Assembly: GCA_942493365.1 (NCBI GenBank)
Contig: OW818697.1
Coordinates: 1,634,634-1,698,633, forward strand
Direction: 5' to 3'
Length of the DNA: 64,000 nt
Source: an uncultured Clostridiaceae bacterium
GTDB lineage: Bacteria > Bacillota > Clostridia > Saccharofermentanales > UBA5734
Below the pieces are notes generated by a model. It did not search any database, was not told where the DNA came from, and was given only the letters and a program-made list of their open reading frames with translations. Numbering within the stretch: the first letter of the stretch is position 1; each line of letters opens with the position of its first letter. Below are positions 1 through 9,203 of the stretch, in pieces. A program made the position numbers and the translations under genes.

Positions 1-626
1 TCGGCGGCGTCATCGTCGACAGCGGCAAATTCAACTGGACCAACGGCAAATTTCCCGGCTTCACCGAGCCCGACCCGTCCTACCACGGCATCAACTACGT
101 CGATACTTATGGTCAGGCCGCTTACATTATCAAAGCCAGAATGCAGTTGATGCGCGATTTCGGCGTCTACCCCGCTGCCAATTCGGCCTTTCTCTTGAAC
201 CTCGGGCTGGAAACGCTGGCCATCCGCATGGAGCGCTACTGCCAAAACGCCCTGACGGTGGCCCAATACCTGGAAAATTCTGACAAGATCGAATCGGTCA
301 ATTACCCCGGTCTGGCCAGCGACAACCACTACGCCATGGCGCAGAAATACCTCAAAGGCACCAGTGGTGTCGTCACCTTCGTCATCAATGGCGGCAAGGC
401 CAACGCCATCAAGTTTATGGACGGCCTAAAGCTGGCCTCGAACGAGGTGCATGTCGCCGACATCCGCACCTGCGTCCTCCACCCGGCCAGCGCCACCCAC
501 CGCCAGCTGACCGACGATCAGCTGTTCGCGGCCGGCATCAATCCCGGCATGATCCGCTTCTCAGTCGGCCTGGAAAACATTGACGACATTCTTGAGGATA
601 TTGCGCAGAGTCTGGCGCGAGTCTGA
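1..626 (+). CDS. metY: O-acetylhomoserine/O-acetylserine sulfhydrylase family PLP enzyme, C-terminal part (5' end outside window)
   Basis: Frame 3 is open from nt 3. The translation GGVIVDSGKFNWTNGKFPGFTEPDPSYHG...HVADIRTCVLHPASATHRQL...MIRFSVGLENIDDI is the conserved C-terminal half of OAH sulfhydrylases. Confidence 0.85.
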   Translation, partial: GGVIVDSGKFNWTNGKFPGFTEPDPSYHGINYVDTYGQAAYIIKARMQLMRDFGVYPAANSAFLLNLGLETLAIRMERYCQNALTVAQYLENSDKIESVNYPGLASDNHYAMAQKYLKGTSGVVTFVINGGKANAIKFMDGLKLASNEVHVADIRTCVLHPASATHRQLTDDQLFAAGINPGMIRFSVGLENIDDILEDIAQSLARV

Positions 627-644
627 AATAGTACTTATGAGTTA

Positions 645-673
645 TTGACATATTATATCATATGGCGCATAAT
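645..673 (+). promoter_or_regulatory. candidate sigma-70-type promoter for the DUF4160/DUF2442 pair
   Basis: TTGACA (645-650), 17-nt spacer, CATAAT (668-673). It sits 33 nt upstream of ATG 706 and overlaps the alternative TTG 673 start, which argues against that start. Confidence 0.4.
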
Positions 674-705
674 TGATTTATAAATATCGATTGGCGGTAG
701 ATATA

Positions 706-960
706 ATGCCTGAAATTGCAAGGTTCTTCGGGATTATTATAAAAATGTATTACCAGCAGAGTGATCATAACCCGCCACATATTCATGCTGTTTACGGAGA
801 GTATATGGGAGCGATCAATATTCGCACATATAAAATGATTGAAGGCGATTTACCGATCAGGGTACAGTCATTAATCAAAGAGTGGCTTATGCTCTATCAA
901 ATTGAATTGGAAGAAATGTGGAACACGCAAGAATTCCGCAAGCTTCCGCCGCTTGAGTAA
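706..960 (+). CDS. DUF4160 domain protein
   Basis: MPEIARFFGIIIKMYYQQSDHNPPHIHAVYGEY is the typical DUF4160 N-terminus (FyGI.I.MY...H.PPH.H). The start is moved from the TTG 673 of the ORF track to ATG 706. Confidence 0.8.
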   Translation: MPEIARFFGIIIKMYYQQSDHNPPHIHAVYGEYMGAINIRTYKMIEGDLPIRVQSLIKEWLMLYQIELEEMWNTQEFRKLPPLE

Positions 961-974
961 TTTGAGGTAATTTT

Positions 975-1442
975 ATGTTTCACAAAATCCATGCTGTTCA
1001 TCCACTCCCCGACATGCAATTGATGCTTTGGTTTACTGGCGGTGCAATTAAGCAGTATGATGTTCGACCCCTCCTGAAAAAGTGGAAAAAGTTTGTCGAT
1101 CTACAGGACGAACTGCTTTTTAAATGCGTAAAAGTTGATGCTGGTGGATATGGTATTTCGTGGAATGATGATTTAGACCTTTCCTGTAATGAATTATGGG
1201 AAAATGGATCACAAGCTGATCCAATGGAGATTCAACGTATCAAATTCATCGGCAGCATCATCGATGCACGCCGTCAATCTGGCATGTCACAAAAGGATCT
1301 CGAGGAAGCATCGGGCGTCAAACAACCGGTTATCGCAAGACTGGAGCGCGGTGAAACCAATCCTCAGTTATTAACACTCTTACGAATTTTATCGCCTCTT
1401 GGAAAAACTATTCGAGTCGTAAACTCAGAAAACCAGGTGTGA
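975..1442 (+). CDS. DUF2442 domain fused to a C-terminal XRE-type helix-turn-helix
   Basis: The N-terminal part (IHAVHPLPDMQLMLWFTGGAIKQYDV...GYGISWNDDLDLSCNELWENG) is DUF2442-like. The C-terminal part (GMSQKDLEEASGVKQPVIARLERGETNPQLLTLLRILSPLG) is a Cro/C1-type HTH. The gene starts 14 nt after the DUF4160 gene. Confidence 0.8.
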   Translation: MFHKIHAVHPLPDMQLMLWFTGGAIKQYDVRPLLKKWKKFVDLQDELLFKCVKVDAGGYGISWNDDLDLSCNELWENGSQADPMEIQRIKFIGSIIDARRQSGMSQKDLEEASGVKQPVIARLERGETNPQLLTLLRILSPLGKTIRVVNSENQV

Positions 1443-2359
1443 ATTTGCGCGATTTAATCAAAACCCACTACCGCCAAACCGGCCCCTACACCTACGCCGG
1501 CCCTTATGCCGATTACTTTCGCAGCCTGCCCGACGATCTGGCCGAGCTCAGCCGACTGGTCTGTGCGCAGATCATTCACCGAGCCACCCTGCGCGAAGGC
1601 AATACCAACGCCAACCAGGATCTTCGTTACGGCGACATGACCCAGTTCCCCTGGTCCCGGCAGCGGTGCGAAGACGATGTTTTCCTGACCGCCAGTGCCA
1701 TGACGGCGGAATTGTTTCGGCTCGATGAAGCGGGATTCACACTGGCTCGTAAAGTCGAAAACAAAATCGTCGTGACCTGCCGCTATGTGTCGGTGCTGAT
1801 GTCGGCGATTTTCAAAGCCAAGGGCATCCCTTGCCGCTCGCGCAACGGTTTCGCGCCCTATTTTTTCGAGGGCCAAATTGTAGACCATTGGATCAATCAG
1901 GTCTGGTCTGACGCGCTAAACCGCTGGATCACCTTTGATGCCGATGGTTTTTACGATCGCGGCAAAATCGGCTTTGAACAGTACGATATGCCCGTCGATC
2001 GCTTCGACTGGGCGGCCGAGACCTGGCTGGCCGGCCGCCGCGGCGACACCAGCCGCACACAATACATCTATGCCGATGGGCTTGGCATCAATCCGCTCAA
2101 GGCGATCATTCGCAGCGTTTTTTATGATTTCCATGCCTTGATGAATCATGAAATATCCTACAAATTTCAGCCTTGCTATGTCGATGGCAAATATGATCAG
2201 CTGACCGAGGATGATTTTCGCGAAATCGACGAATTGGCCGAGCTGATGTGCGATCCGGACAAAAATTTCGACAACCTCTTGGTCTTGTGGAATACCCAGC
2301 GGAAATTCCGCATTTTGAACAGCCCGCTGGTGTATGACCAGGATAATAACTCAAGATAG
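1439..2359 (+). CDS. transglutaminase-like (papain-fold Cys-His-Asp) domain protein
   Basis: A TCRYVSVLMSAIFKAKGIPCRSRNGF ... DHWINQVW ... WITFDAD spacing is typical of the transglutaminase-core C/H/D triad. The GTG start overlaps the upstream stop (GTGA). Confidence 0.7.
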   Translation: MNLRDLIKTHYRQTGPYTYAGPYADYFRSLPDDLAELSRLVCAQIIHRATLREGNTNANQDLRYGDMTQFPWSRQRCEDDVFLTASAMTAELFRLDEAGFTLARKVENKIVVTCRYVSVLMSAIFKAKGIPCRSRNGFAPYFFEGQIVDHWINQVWSDALNRWITFDADGFYDRGKIGFEQYDMPVDRFDWAAETWLAGRRGDTSRTQYIYADGLGINPLKAIIRSVFYDFHALMNHEISYKFQPCYVDGKYDQLTEDDFREIDELAELMCDPDKNFDNLLVLWNTQRKFRILNSPLVYDQDNNSR

Positions 2360-2382
2360 AAGATCAATGCAAATAATTGTTA

Positions 2383-2391
2383 TGCTATACT
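2383..2391 (+). promoter_or_regulatory. extended -10 element (TGcTATACT) directly in front of the helicase ATG; possible leaderless mRNA
   Basis: TG at 2383-2384 and TATACT at 2386-2391. Only 7 nt (tttattc) separate it from ATG 2399, with no Shine-Dalgarno in between. Confidence 0.3.
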
Positions 2392-2398
2392 TTTATTC

Positions 2399-4876
2399 AT
2401 GGAAAATGAACACTCGCAAAACACCAACGAACCTCCCCGTCACGCCCTGCGGATCGCCGTGCGCACGTTGGCCGAGACGGTGCATCGCCAAGGCGGGCTG
2501 GCCGGACCGCTCTACAGCGGCGTCAGCTCGGCCGACGGCATCCGGCTGCACCAGCGCTTCGTCAGGTTGCTGGGCGAACGACATCCGGACGCGACGGTCA
2601 CCGCCGAGCTGGCGCTGAACACGCTCTATTCCAGCGCGGAGTTTGACCTGCAAATCAGCGGTCGCTGTGATGCTTTGCTGCAGTTGAATGATGATATCTG
2701 CCTGATCGAAGCCAAATCCTTCACCGGCCCCGCCGACCGTTTGCCGCGCGAGGGTGAGCCGACGCATTGGGCGCAGGCCAAACTTTATGCCTGGCTTTTT
2801 TTGGAAACGCGCCCGGAGCTCCGACAGCTGTCGGTCGGTCTGGCCTATTTGTCTTTGGAATCCGCCGATGCTGTTGAAATGCAGCGTTTGCAGACGCGAG
2901 AAGAACTGTCAGCCTTTTTTCTCGAAACCTGCCGCGTCTATCTGGACTTCACTGGTGACCTGTTGAAAAGCAAGCTGCGCCGCGACCAGAGCGGGCTGGA
3001 CTGCCGCTTCCCCTACCCCGATCTGCGTGCTGGTCAGAAGCAGTTCATGCGCGAAGTCATCGGGGCGGCCCGGCAGAAAAGCGCTGTATTTATCCAAGCG
3101 CCGACCGGCACCGGCAAAACGATGGCGGCGCTTTATCCCGCGGTCAAGGCCGTGGCCAATCATTTGGCTGATCATTGCTTTTACCTGACCGCCATGACCT
3201 CGACGCGCCTGGTGGCGCTGCGCGCGCTTGAAGATTTGCAGAAAGCCGGACTGCTGATGAAGGGCGTCGTGCTTTATGCCAAGGAAAAACTTTGTCTGGA
3301 ACCTGAACTGTATTGCGACAGCCGTCAGTGTTCATTCGCGACATCTTATTACGATCATCTGCCGGCAGCGCTGCGTGAGCTGTTTTTGCTGGAAAACGTC
3401 AGCCGGGATGAAGTCCTGACTTGCGCCAAAAAGCACAAAGTCTGTCCGTTCGAGCTGTCGTTGGACATTGCGTTGTACTGCGAAATCATCATTTGCGACT
3501 ATAATTATGCTTTTGACCCCCGTATCAAGCTGGACCGCTTCTTTGGCAGCGATGCCCGCACCCAGCTGCTGCTGATCGACGAGGCACACAACCTGCCGGC
3601 GCGCTCGCGGGAGATGTTCAGTGCCGCCCTGGACAGCGACAGCCTTCTCGCAGCGCTGGCAGCTATTGACGGACTGTCGCCGCAGCTGACGCAGTCATTG
3701 GGCATCCTGCAAGGCTACATGGCACGTCTGGCCCAGGAACTGTCCGGCAACGAGCCCGGTATCGATCGGGTCGAAAAGGGCATCACCCGCAATGCCGTCA
3801 TGATCGCTGACAATTTTCGCGCCACCCGCGAATTGCCGGCGACCCTGCTGGCCATGCTCGGGCGCTTTTCATACCTTTGCCGTCAGTTTCTCGATCAGCA
3901 CGCGGACTTTCCAGGTCGGCGAAAGCTGCTGGATTTCTATTTCAGCGGTTTATACTTCAGCCGCGTGGTTGAAGAGTTTTTTGACCTGACCTATGTGACG
4001 ACGTTTCAGCTGGTCGGCCGCAAGCTGTCGATTCAAATGCTCTGCCTGGACGCCGCCGAAAAGCTGGCCCGAACATACCGCAGTCTGCATGCCGCAGCTT
4101 TTTTCTCAGCCACGCTGTCACCGATCAATTACTATGTCGGCCTGCTGCACGGCAGCAGCCAAACCGCGCAGCCACAGACGCTGCTGCTGGGGTCACCCTT
4201 CCCGCCCGAAAACCTCCTGGTCATGGTCTGCAGCAATCTGTCGACCCGCTTCAAACAGCGGCAGGAGACCGTGCAGCCAATTTTGCAGATGATCCTGCAG
4301 GCCGTTGGCCAGCGAACGGCCAACTATCTGGTTTATGTGCCTTCCTTTGCCTACCTGTCGATGCTGCGCGGGTTGATCCGGGTGGCGCCGGAACACGCGG
4401 AAATTGACTGGATGTTTCAGCAGTCGGACATGAGCGAGTCGCTGCGCCGCAAGTTTCTCAACCGTTTTGAGACGTTTGGTCAGAAAACCCTCGTTGCTGT
4501 CGCCGTCATGGGCGGCGTCTTTTCCGAAGGCATCGATCTGGTCGGTGAAAAGCTGGCCGGCGTTGTCGTCGTCGGTGTCGGCTTGCCGCAGATCAGTCCC
4601 GAACGCGAAATCATGAAGCAATACTATGCCGAGTCGCTGGGCAGCGGCTATGAATACGCCTACGTCTATCCGGGGTTCAACAAAGTCCAGCAGGCCGCAG
4701 GCCGCGTCATTCGCACCGAAAACGATCGCGGTTTCATCCTGCTGATCGATGACCGCTTTGCCACGCCGGAATACGTCAGCCTCTTTCCAAACGAATGGCA
4801 GCCGGTCGCGGTTGCCGACCCCGCCGAATTGTCAGAGCATCTCAACGAATTCTGGGATCAGGTTGCAGGCCCTTGA
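2399..4876 (+). CDS. DinG/XPD(Rad3)-family ATP-dependent DNA helicase with an N-terminal PD-(D/E)XK-like nuclease domain
   Basis: Walker A QAPTGTGKT and DEAH box LLIDEAHNL. A Cys-rich insertion (KLCLEPELYCDSRQCSF...KVCPFE) is consistent with the XPD-type 4Fe-4S domain. C-terminal motifs are GVFSEGIDL and QAAGRVIRTENDRG. The N-terminal ~190 aa carry GRCDALL...ICLIEAKS (D...ExK). Confidence 0.85.
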   Translation: MENEHSQNTNEPPRHALRIAVRTLAETVHRQGGLAGPLYSGVSSADGIRLHQRFVRLLGERHPDATVTAELALNTLYSSAEFDLQISGRCDALLQLNDDICLIEAKSFTGPADRLPREGEPTHWAQAKLYAWLFLETRPELRQLSVGLAYLSLESADAVEMQRLQTREELSAFFLETCRVYLDFTGDLLKSKLRRDQSGLDCRFPYPDLRAGQKQFMREVIGAARQKSAVFIQAPTGTGKTMAALYPAVKAVANHLADHCFYLTAMTSTRLVALRALEDLQKAGLLMKGVVLYAKEKLCLEPELYCDSRQCSFATSYYDHLPAALRELFLLENVSRDEVLTCAKKHKVCPFELSLDIALYCEIIICDYNYAFDPRIKLDRFFGSDARTQLLLIDEAHNLPARSREMFSAALDSDSLLAALAAIDGLSPQLTQSLGILQGYMARLAQELSGNEPGIDRVEKGITRNAVMIADNFRATRELPATLLAMLGRFSYLCRQFLDQHADFPGRRKLLDFYFSGLYFSRVVEEFFDLTYVTTFQLVGRKLSIQMLCLDAAEKLARTYRSLHAAAFFSATLSPINYYVGLLHGSSQTAQPQTLLLGSPFPPENLLVMVCSNLSTRFKQRQETVQPILQMILQAVGQRTANYLVYVPSFAYLSMLRGLIRVAPEHAEIDWMFQQSDMSESLRRKFLNRFETFGQKTLVAVAVMGGVFSEGIDLVGEKLAGVVVVGVGLPQISPEREIMKQYYAESLGSGYEYAYVYPGFNKVQQAAGRVIRTENDRGFILLIDDRFATPEYVSLFPNEWQPVAVADPAELSEHLNEFWDQVAGP

Positions 4877-5631
4877 ATCGAAAGTGCTTCGAGGTCTTTG
4901 AGCAAATTGAGCCGCGAATAGGACTTCTCCATTTGGTGGGTCAGATAACGATCGGATAAATTGATAAAATCGCGGCGGGCTTCCGGACTGAGCCGACAAT
5001 TGAACAGCCTTTCCAGCGGAGCGTCCAAGGCATGTTGCAGGCTGGCCAATGCGCCTGCTGATAAGGTCGATGAATCGCCTGTTTTTTGTCGACAGCCCGG
5101 TCGATCGCAAAGGGTGCCGCAGGCCTTGATGCTGAAACGTGCGTTTTCACCGATCGCCTCGCCGCATTGGACGCAAAGGTCCACGCAGGGGGAAAAGCCG
5201 ATTACAGCCAAAAGACGCATCTGCGCCAGATGAACGGTCAGCAGCGGATCAGGTAACGCTTGCAGGGCTTGCAGACTGAAGGCCCAAAGCCGATAAACAT
5301 CCGGCTGTGCAGCCGCGTCGCGCGTGGCGTCGAGCAGAACCTCGGCCAGATGAGCCGCGCAGACCAGGCGGTCGAGATCCTGCTGCAGCTGGGAAAAGGA
5401 CTCGATCAATTCAGCGCCGTTTACTGTGTAATGGCCTTTGTTGACAAACAGCTCAAATTCGCTGAGGGCAAAGATCTGGGTTGTCATCAGCAATTGGCTG
5501 CGCGTCCGCCGCGCGCCGCGCGCCGAAGCGCTGATCAGGCCGTAATCGGCCGTCAGAATATTGATGATGCGGTCGGCTTCACCGACGGGCACTTCACGGA
5601 TGACAAAGCCCTTGAGTTTTAGATGCGGCAT
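4858..5631 (-). CDS. recO: DNA repair protein RecO
   Basis: MPHLKLKGFVIREVPVGEADRIINILTADYGLISASARGARR plus a C-terminal Cys cluster (CVQCG...C..C). The start is trimmed to ATG 5631, because the longer ORF would overlap era. The position downstream of era is conserved. Confidence 0.9.
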   Translation of the reverse strand: MPHLKLKGFVIREVPVGEADRIINILTADYGLISASARGARRTRSQLLMTTQIFALSEFELFVNKGHYTVNGAELIESFSQLQQDLDRLVCAAHLAEVLLDATRDAAAQPDVYRLWAFSLQALQALPDPLLTVHLAQMRLLAVIGFSPCVDLCVQCGEAIGENARFSIKACGTLCDRPGCRQKTGDSSTLSAGALASLQHALDAPLERLFNCRLSPEARRDFINLSDRYLTHQMEKSYSRLNLLKDLEALSIQGPAT

Positions 5632-5644
5632 GCAAGCACCTGTC

Positions 5645-6607
5645 TCATTTCTTGATTTCGTAGCCCAAATTACGCAGGATACCCGTTCGATTGCGCCAGT
5701 CTTCCCTGACCTTGACATGCAGTTCGAGATAGCAGCGGCAATTCAGCAGCGACTCGATTTGGATGCGGGCACCCGTGCCGATGTTGACGAGTTTTGATCC
5801 ACCCTTGCCGATCAGAATGCCTTTGTGTGAATCTTTATCGCAATAGATCGAAGCGCTGATTCGCACCAGATCACGTTCAATGTCAGCATCTTCCTCGATC
5901 GGTTGGCCATCGGCCATCTCTTCAAAGGATTCGACCTCGACCGCTGTGCCGTGCGGAATTTCCTCGCTGGTCATCAGCAGGATCTGCTCGCGGATCAGTT
6001 CGGCGCAGATCGAACGCTCGGTTTGATCGGTGACACTGTCGACCGGAAAATAGCGCGGACCTTCGGGTAACAGGCTCTGGATGACCTTGATCAGTTCGGG
6101 TACGCCATCGCCGGTTCTGGCCGAGACCGGAATCAGCGCGGCAAAATTGTAGGCGGCCGCATAATCGGTCAGCAGCGGCAGCAAGGCTTCCTTGACCGTA
6201 TGGTCGACTTTGTTCAAAACCAGAATGACTGGTTTGTTCAGCTTGGCCGCTTTTTCCAATATGCCCGCTTCGATCTTGGGTACGCCGCGGCCGGTTCTCG
6301 ATTCGGTCGCGCCTTCAGCGTCAATCAGCAAGAGAATAATATCCCCATCGGCCAACGCGGTGGCGGCGCAGGACATCATGTACTCACCCAGTTGGGTGCG
6401 CGGCTGATGCAGACCAGGGGTGTCGAGAAAAATGATCTGACTGTTCTCGTCATCGACAACCGCCCGGACAACCTGGCGTGTTGTCTGAGCCTTGGGCGAG
6501 GTTATGGCCAACCGGATGCCGGCGAGCCTGTTGAGCAGGGTCGATTTACCGACATTGGGGCGGCCAATCAGGCTGACAAAACCTGATCTGAAGTTAGGTG
6601 TGTTCAT
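5645..6607 (-). CDS. era: GTPase Era
   Basis: FVSLIGRPNVGKSTLLN (G1), DTPG (G3), NKVD (G4) and a C-terminal KH domain. Confidence 0.95.
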   Translation of the reverse strand: MNTPNFRSGFVSLIGRPNVGKSTLLNRLAGIRLAITSPKAQTTRQVVRAVVDDENSQIIFLDTPGLHQPRTQLGEYMMSCAATALADGDIILLLIDAEGATESRTGRGVPKIEAGILEKAAKLNKPVILVLNKVDHTVKEALLPLLTDYAAAYNFAALIPVSARTGDGVPELIKVIQSLLPEGPRYFPVDSVTDQTERSICAELIREQILLMTSEEIPHGTAVEVESFEEMADGQPIEEDADIERDLVRISASIYCDKDSHKGILIGKGGSKLVNIGTGARIQIESLLNCRCYLELHVKVREDWRNRTGILRNLGYEIKK

Positions 6608-7134
6608 TTTTGTGCTCCTCTTCCCAGACCCAATTGGTCCAGGATTGCTTTTTGTTTGCGTAACATTGCTTTTTCTTCGTTTTCATCGATGTGGTCGTAC
6701 CCGACCAGATGCAGCAGGCCATGAACCATTAAAAAGGCGATTTCCCGTGCCGGCGAGTGTCCGTAAGCCTCAGCCTGGCTGAAGACGCGATCCAGTGAGA
6801 CAACAATGTCGCCAAGCAGCACAGTTGGCTGCTCCGGATGGTCCGGATCAAAATCTTCGACGCCGGGTACCTTGATCAGCTGGCCTTCTGCGGCATCCAG
6901 CATCGGAAAGGACAGGACGTCGGTCAGGCTGTCGACCTGGCGCGTCTCGCGATTAATTCGCCGCATGATGCGCGGCCCGGCAAAGGTGACTGTCACCGAG
7001 GTGTCAATGTCCAGCCGTTTGAATTGGCGGCCGATCAGGGTGGCATTCAGGGCTGCTGGCAGTGCGCGGCTGATCAATTGGCGCCATTCGGCGACCGGAT
7101 ATTTACTCTGCTGATTGACGTATTGGACGATCAT
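6604..7134 (-). CDS. ybeY: rRNA maturation endoribonuclease YbeY
   Basis: Zinc-binding motif HGLLHLVGYDH. ATGA overlap with era. Confidence 0.9.
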   Translation of the reverse strand: MIVQYVNQQSKYPVAEWRQLISRALPAALNATLIGRQFKRLDIDTSVTVTFAGPRIMRRINRETRQVDSLTDVLSFPMLDAAEGQLIKVPGVEDFDPDHPEQPTVLLGDIVVSLDRVFSQAEAYGHSPAREIAFLMVHGLLHLVGYDHIDENEEKAMLRKQKAILDQLGLGRGAQK

Positions 7135-9202
7135 CGGGATACTTCACCCTTTCATGAAAATGGCCGGTGTAGACCTGTAAATAGGCCTCGACCAGAACTT
7201 CAACATCGTGATAAGACAAACCGGACGCAATCAGTTGGTCTTGTTCGTTTTTGGTTTTGATGATTTTTCGGATCAATTTTTCGGCATCCTCGAGCTTGTT
7301 CGTGCCCGTGGATTTCATCGCCGCCTCCACCGAGTCTGAGAGCATGACAATCGCCGACTCACGGCTTGATGGAATCGGACAGCGATACTTGAAACGCGTC
7401 GGATCAGGGTCTGGCCGATTGCCGTCCTCTGCGCCTTTAAGCGCTTTGTAGAGAAAATAGGTTTGCGCGGTCGATCCGTGATGTTCGTAGATAATTTTCA
7501 GAATCGGCCCCGGCAAGCGATAGCGGCGGCCAATACGCAGGCCGGCTTCGGGGTGATTGAGTATCATCTCGGCGCTTTCTTCCGGCGTAAGGAAATCATG
7601 CGGGTTTTCCCCTTCCTGGTTTTCCGTGAACATCAGCGGATTTTCCAGTTTGCCGATGTCGTGGTAATACGAGCCAACTCGAGCCAGCAAGGCATTGGCC
7701 CCGATGGCCAACGCGCCGGCGTCGGCCAGGTTGGCCACCATCATGCTGTGCTGGGAACTGCCGGGTGCTTCGACAAACAGCCGCCGCAGCAGCGGATGCC
7801 CGGGCTGGGAGAGCTCAATCAGGCGCATGGGCGATACCGAATTGAACAACATTTCAAAAAGCGGCATGATACCGATGGCCGCGATGACCGACAAGGCACC
7901 GCTCAAAGCAGCGTAGCCGCAGTTCAGCGAGATGTCGGCCCAGGTCTCACGTTGGAGCAGGCCATAGGAAATGGTCGCGATAAAATTGGCGCCCGCCGTC
8001 GTGATGATGATAAAGGCATAATTGTCCTTGCGGATGATGCCGCGCGTGAAAAGGGATGCCACCAGGCAGCCGCACATTGCGACGACCAAGAAAATCGGGT
8101 TGAAATTGGTCATCGGCAAGATGGCGGCCGTCAAGGCCAGCGAGAGAATGAGGGAGGCACGGAAGCCAAAATAGGAGGAGATCAGCACCGCTGCAAAGTA
8201 GACTGGCGGCGACAGCGGCGCGCCCCGGGTTGTATAGACCGAAACGAGCAGCGGAATCAGCAGGGCCAGCGCAAGCGCCGCGAAATCGCTGACCGTTTTG
8301 ATTGTTTCCTTTTCATAGTGCTTGATGTAAAAGCCGGTCATGCTGATCAAAAGCAGCAGGAGCAGGGCAATGCCGGCCAAATAGACAAAATCCAGACCGC
8401 CGCCGTCGATCAGTGACAGATCAAGGAGCAGGGCAAACGTGTCGTCGGTTATGATGTCACCCACCGAAACGATGCGGCTGCCCTTTTCGATCAGGACCGG
8501 GTTGGACAGGATTTTGTTGTAGGCGGCATCGCGGGCATTTTTGCTGGCGGCTTCGTCATAAACCACATTGGATTTCAGCAGAAATCCCAGGGTGGTTTCA
8601 ATAATCCGACTGTCATCTTTGTTGAAGGCCAAAGAGTTTTCCAGTTCGGTAATCTTTTCTGTCAATGAGTTTATCAAGCCCGCATCATCGACTTTATCCA
8701 GCATAATTAAATTGGCGATGGAAACAGCGTGATCTTTTACACTGGCAAATCTCTCATTGTCCAGACTGGCGTAAATCAAAGCATCGGTTTGCGCCAGGAC
8801 GATGCCAAACTGGCTGTTTACCTGCTCAACGATCTGCCCGGCCAGCTCGGCTGTCGTTATTCTGTCGGCACCGGCCGTCGGCAATGCAGCCCGCGCAGCT
8901 CTCAATTCCGTAATCAACGCAAAGAAATCGCTGACACTTTCATTGACAGCGTTCGCTCGCTCAACCGAGCGCAGCATAACATCCGGCACCTCCGCCGCTG
9001 CTTTTTCTGCTCGGATTTGCGTTTCAACCTTGTCGACGACGCTGCGCGGCGCGGCAATATCAACATTGCTGGCATCGCCGACCTTGAGATTGTATTTTTG
9101 CTGAATAGAGCCAATGTAGACAGCCAAAACAACCGTTGCAAACAAAATGACAGACAGGATGATGATCAGAAATCGTTTGAAGCCAGAAGTCATTTTGGGC
9201 AT
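7103..9202 (-). CDS. 7TM-HD membrane phosphohydrolase (PgpH/YqfF-like)
   Basis: N-terminal TM segment with an extracellular region, then seven TM helices, then an HD domain (HSMMVANLA...YYHDIGK). The start is trimmed to ATG 9202, 8 nt after GGAGGT. The phoH-HD-ybeY order is conserved. Confidence 0.85.
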   Translation of the reverse strand: MPKMTSGFKRFLIIILSVILFATVVLAVYIGSIQQKYNLKVGDASNVDIAAPRSVVDKVETQIRAEKAAAEVPDVMLRSVERANAVNESVSDFFALITELRAARAALPTAGADRITTAELAGQIVEQVNSQFGIVLAQTDALIYASLDNERFASVKDHAVSIANLIMLDKVDDAGLINSLTEKITELENSLAFNKDDSRIIETTLGFLLKSNVVYDEAASKNARDAAYNKILSNPVLIEKGSRIVSVGDIITDDTFALLLDLSLIDGGGLDFVYLAGIALLLLLLISMTGFYIKHYEKETIKTVSDFAALALALLIPLLVSVYTTRGAPLSPPVYFAAVLISSYFGFRASLILSLALTAAILPMTNFNPIFLVVAMCGCLVASLFTRGIIRKDNYAFIIITTAGANFIATISYGLLQRETWADISLNCGYAALSGALSVIAAIGIMPLFEMLFNSVSPMRLIELSQPGHPLLRRLFVEAPGSSQHSMMVANLADAGALAIGANALLARVGSYYHDIGKLENPLMFTENQEGENPHDFLTPEESAEMILNHPEAGLRIGRRYRLPGPILKIIYEHHGSTAQTYFLYKALKGAEDGNRPDPDPTRFKYRCPIPSSRESAIVMLSDSVEAAMKSTGTNKLEDAEKLIRKIIKTKNEQDQLIASGLSYHDVEVLVEAYLQVYTGHFHERVKYPDDRPIRQSAE

Positions 9203-9203
9203 G

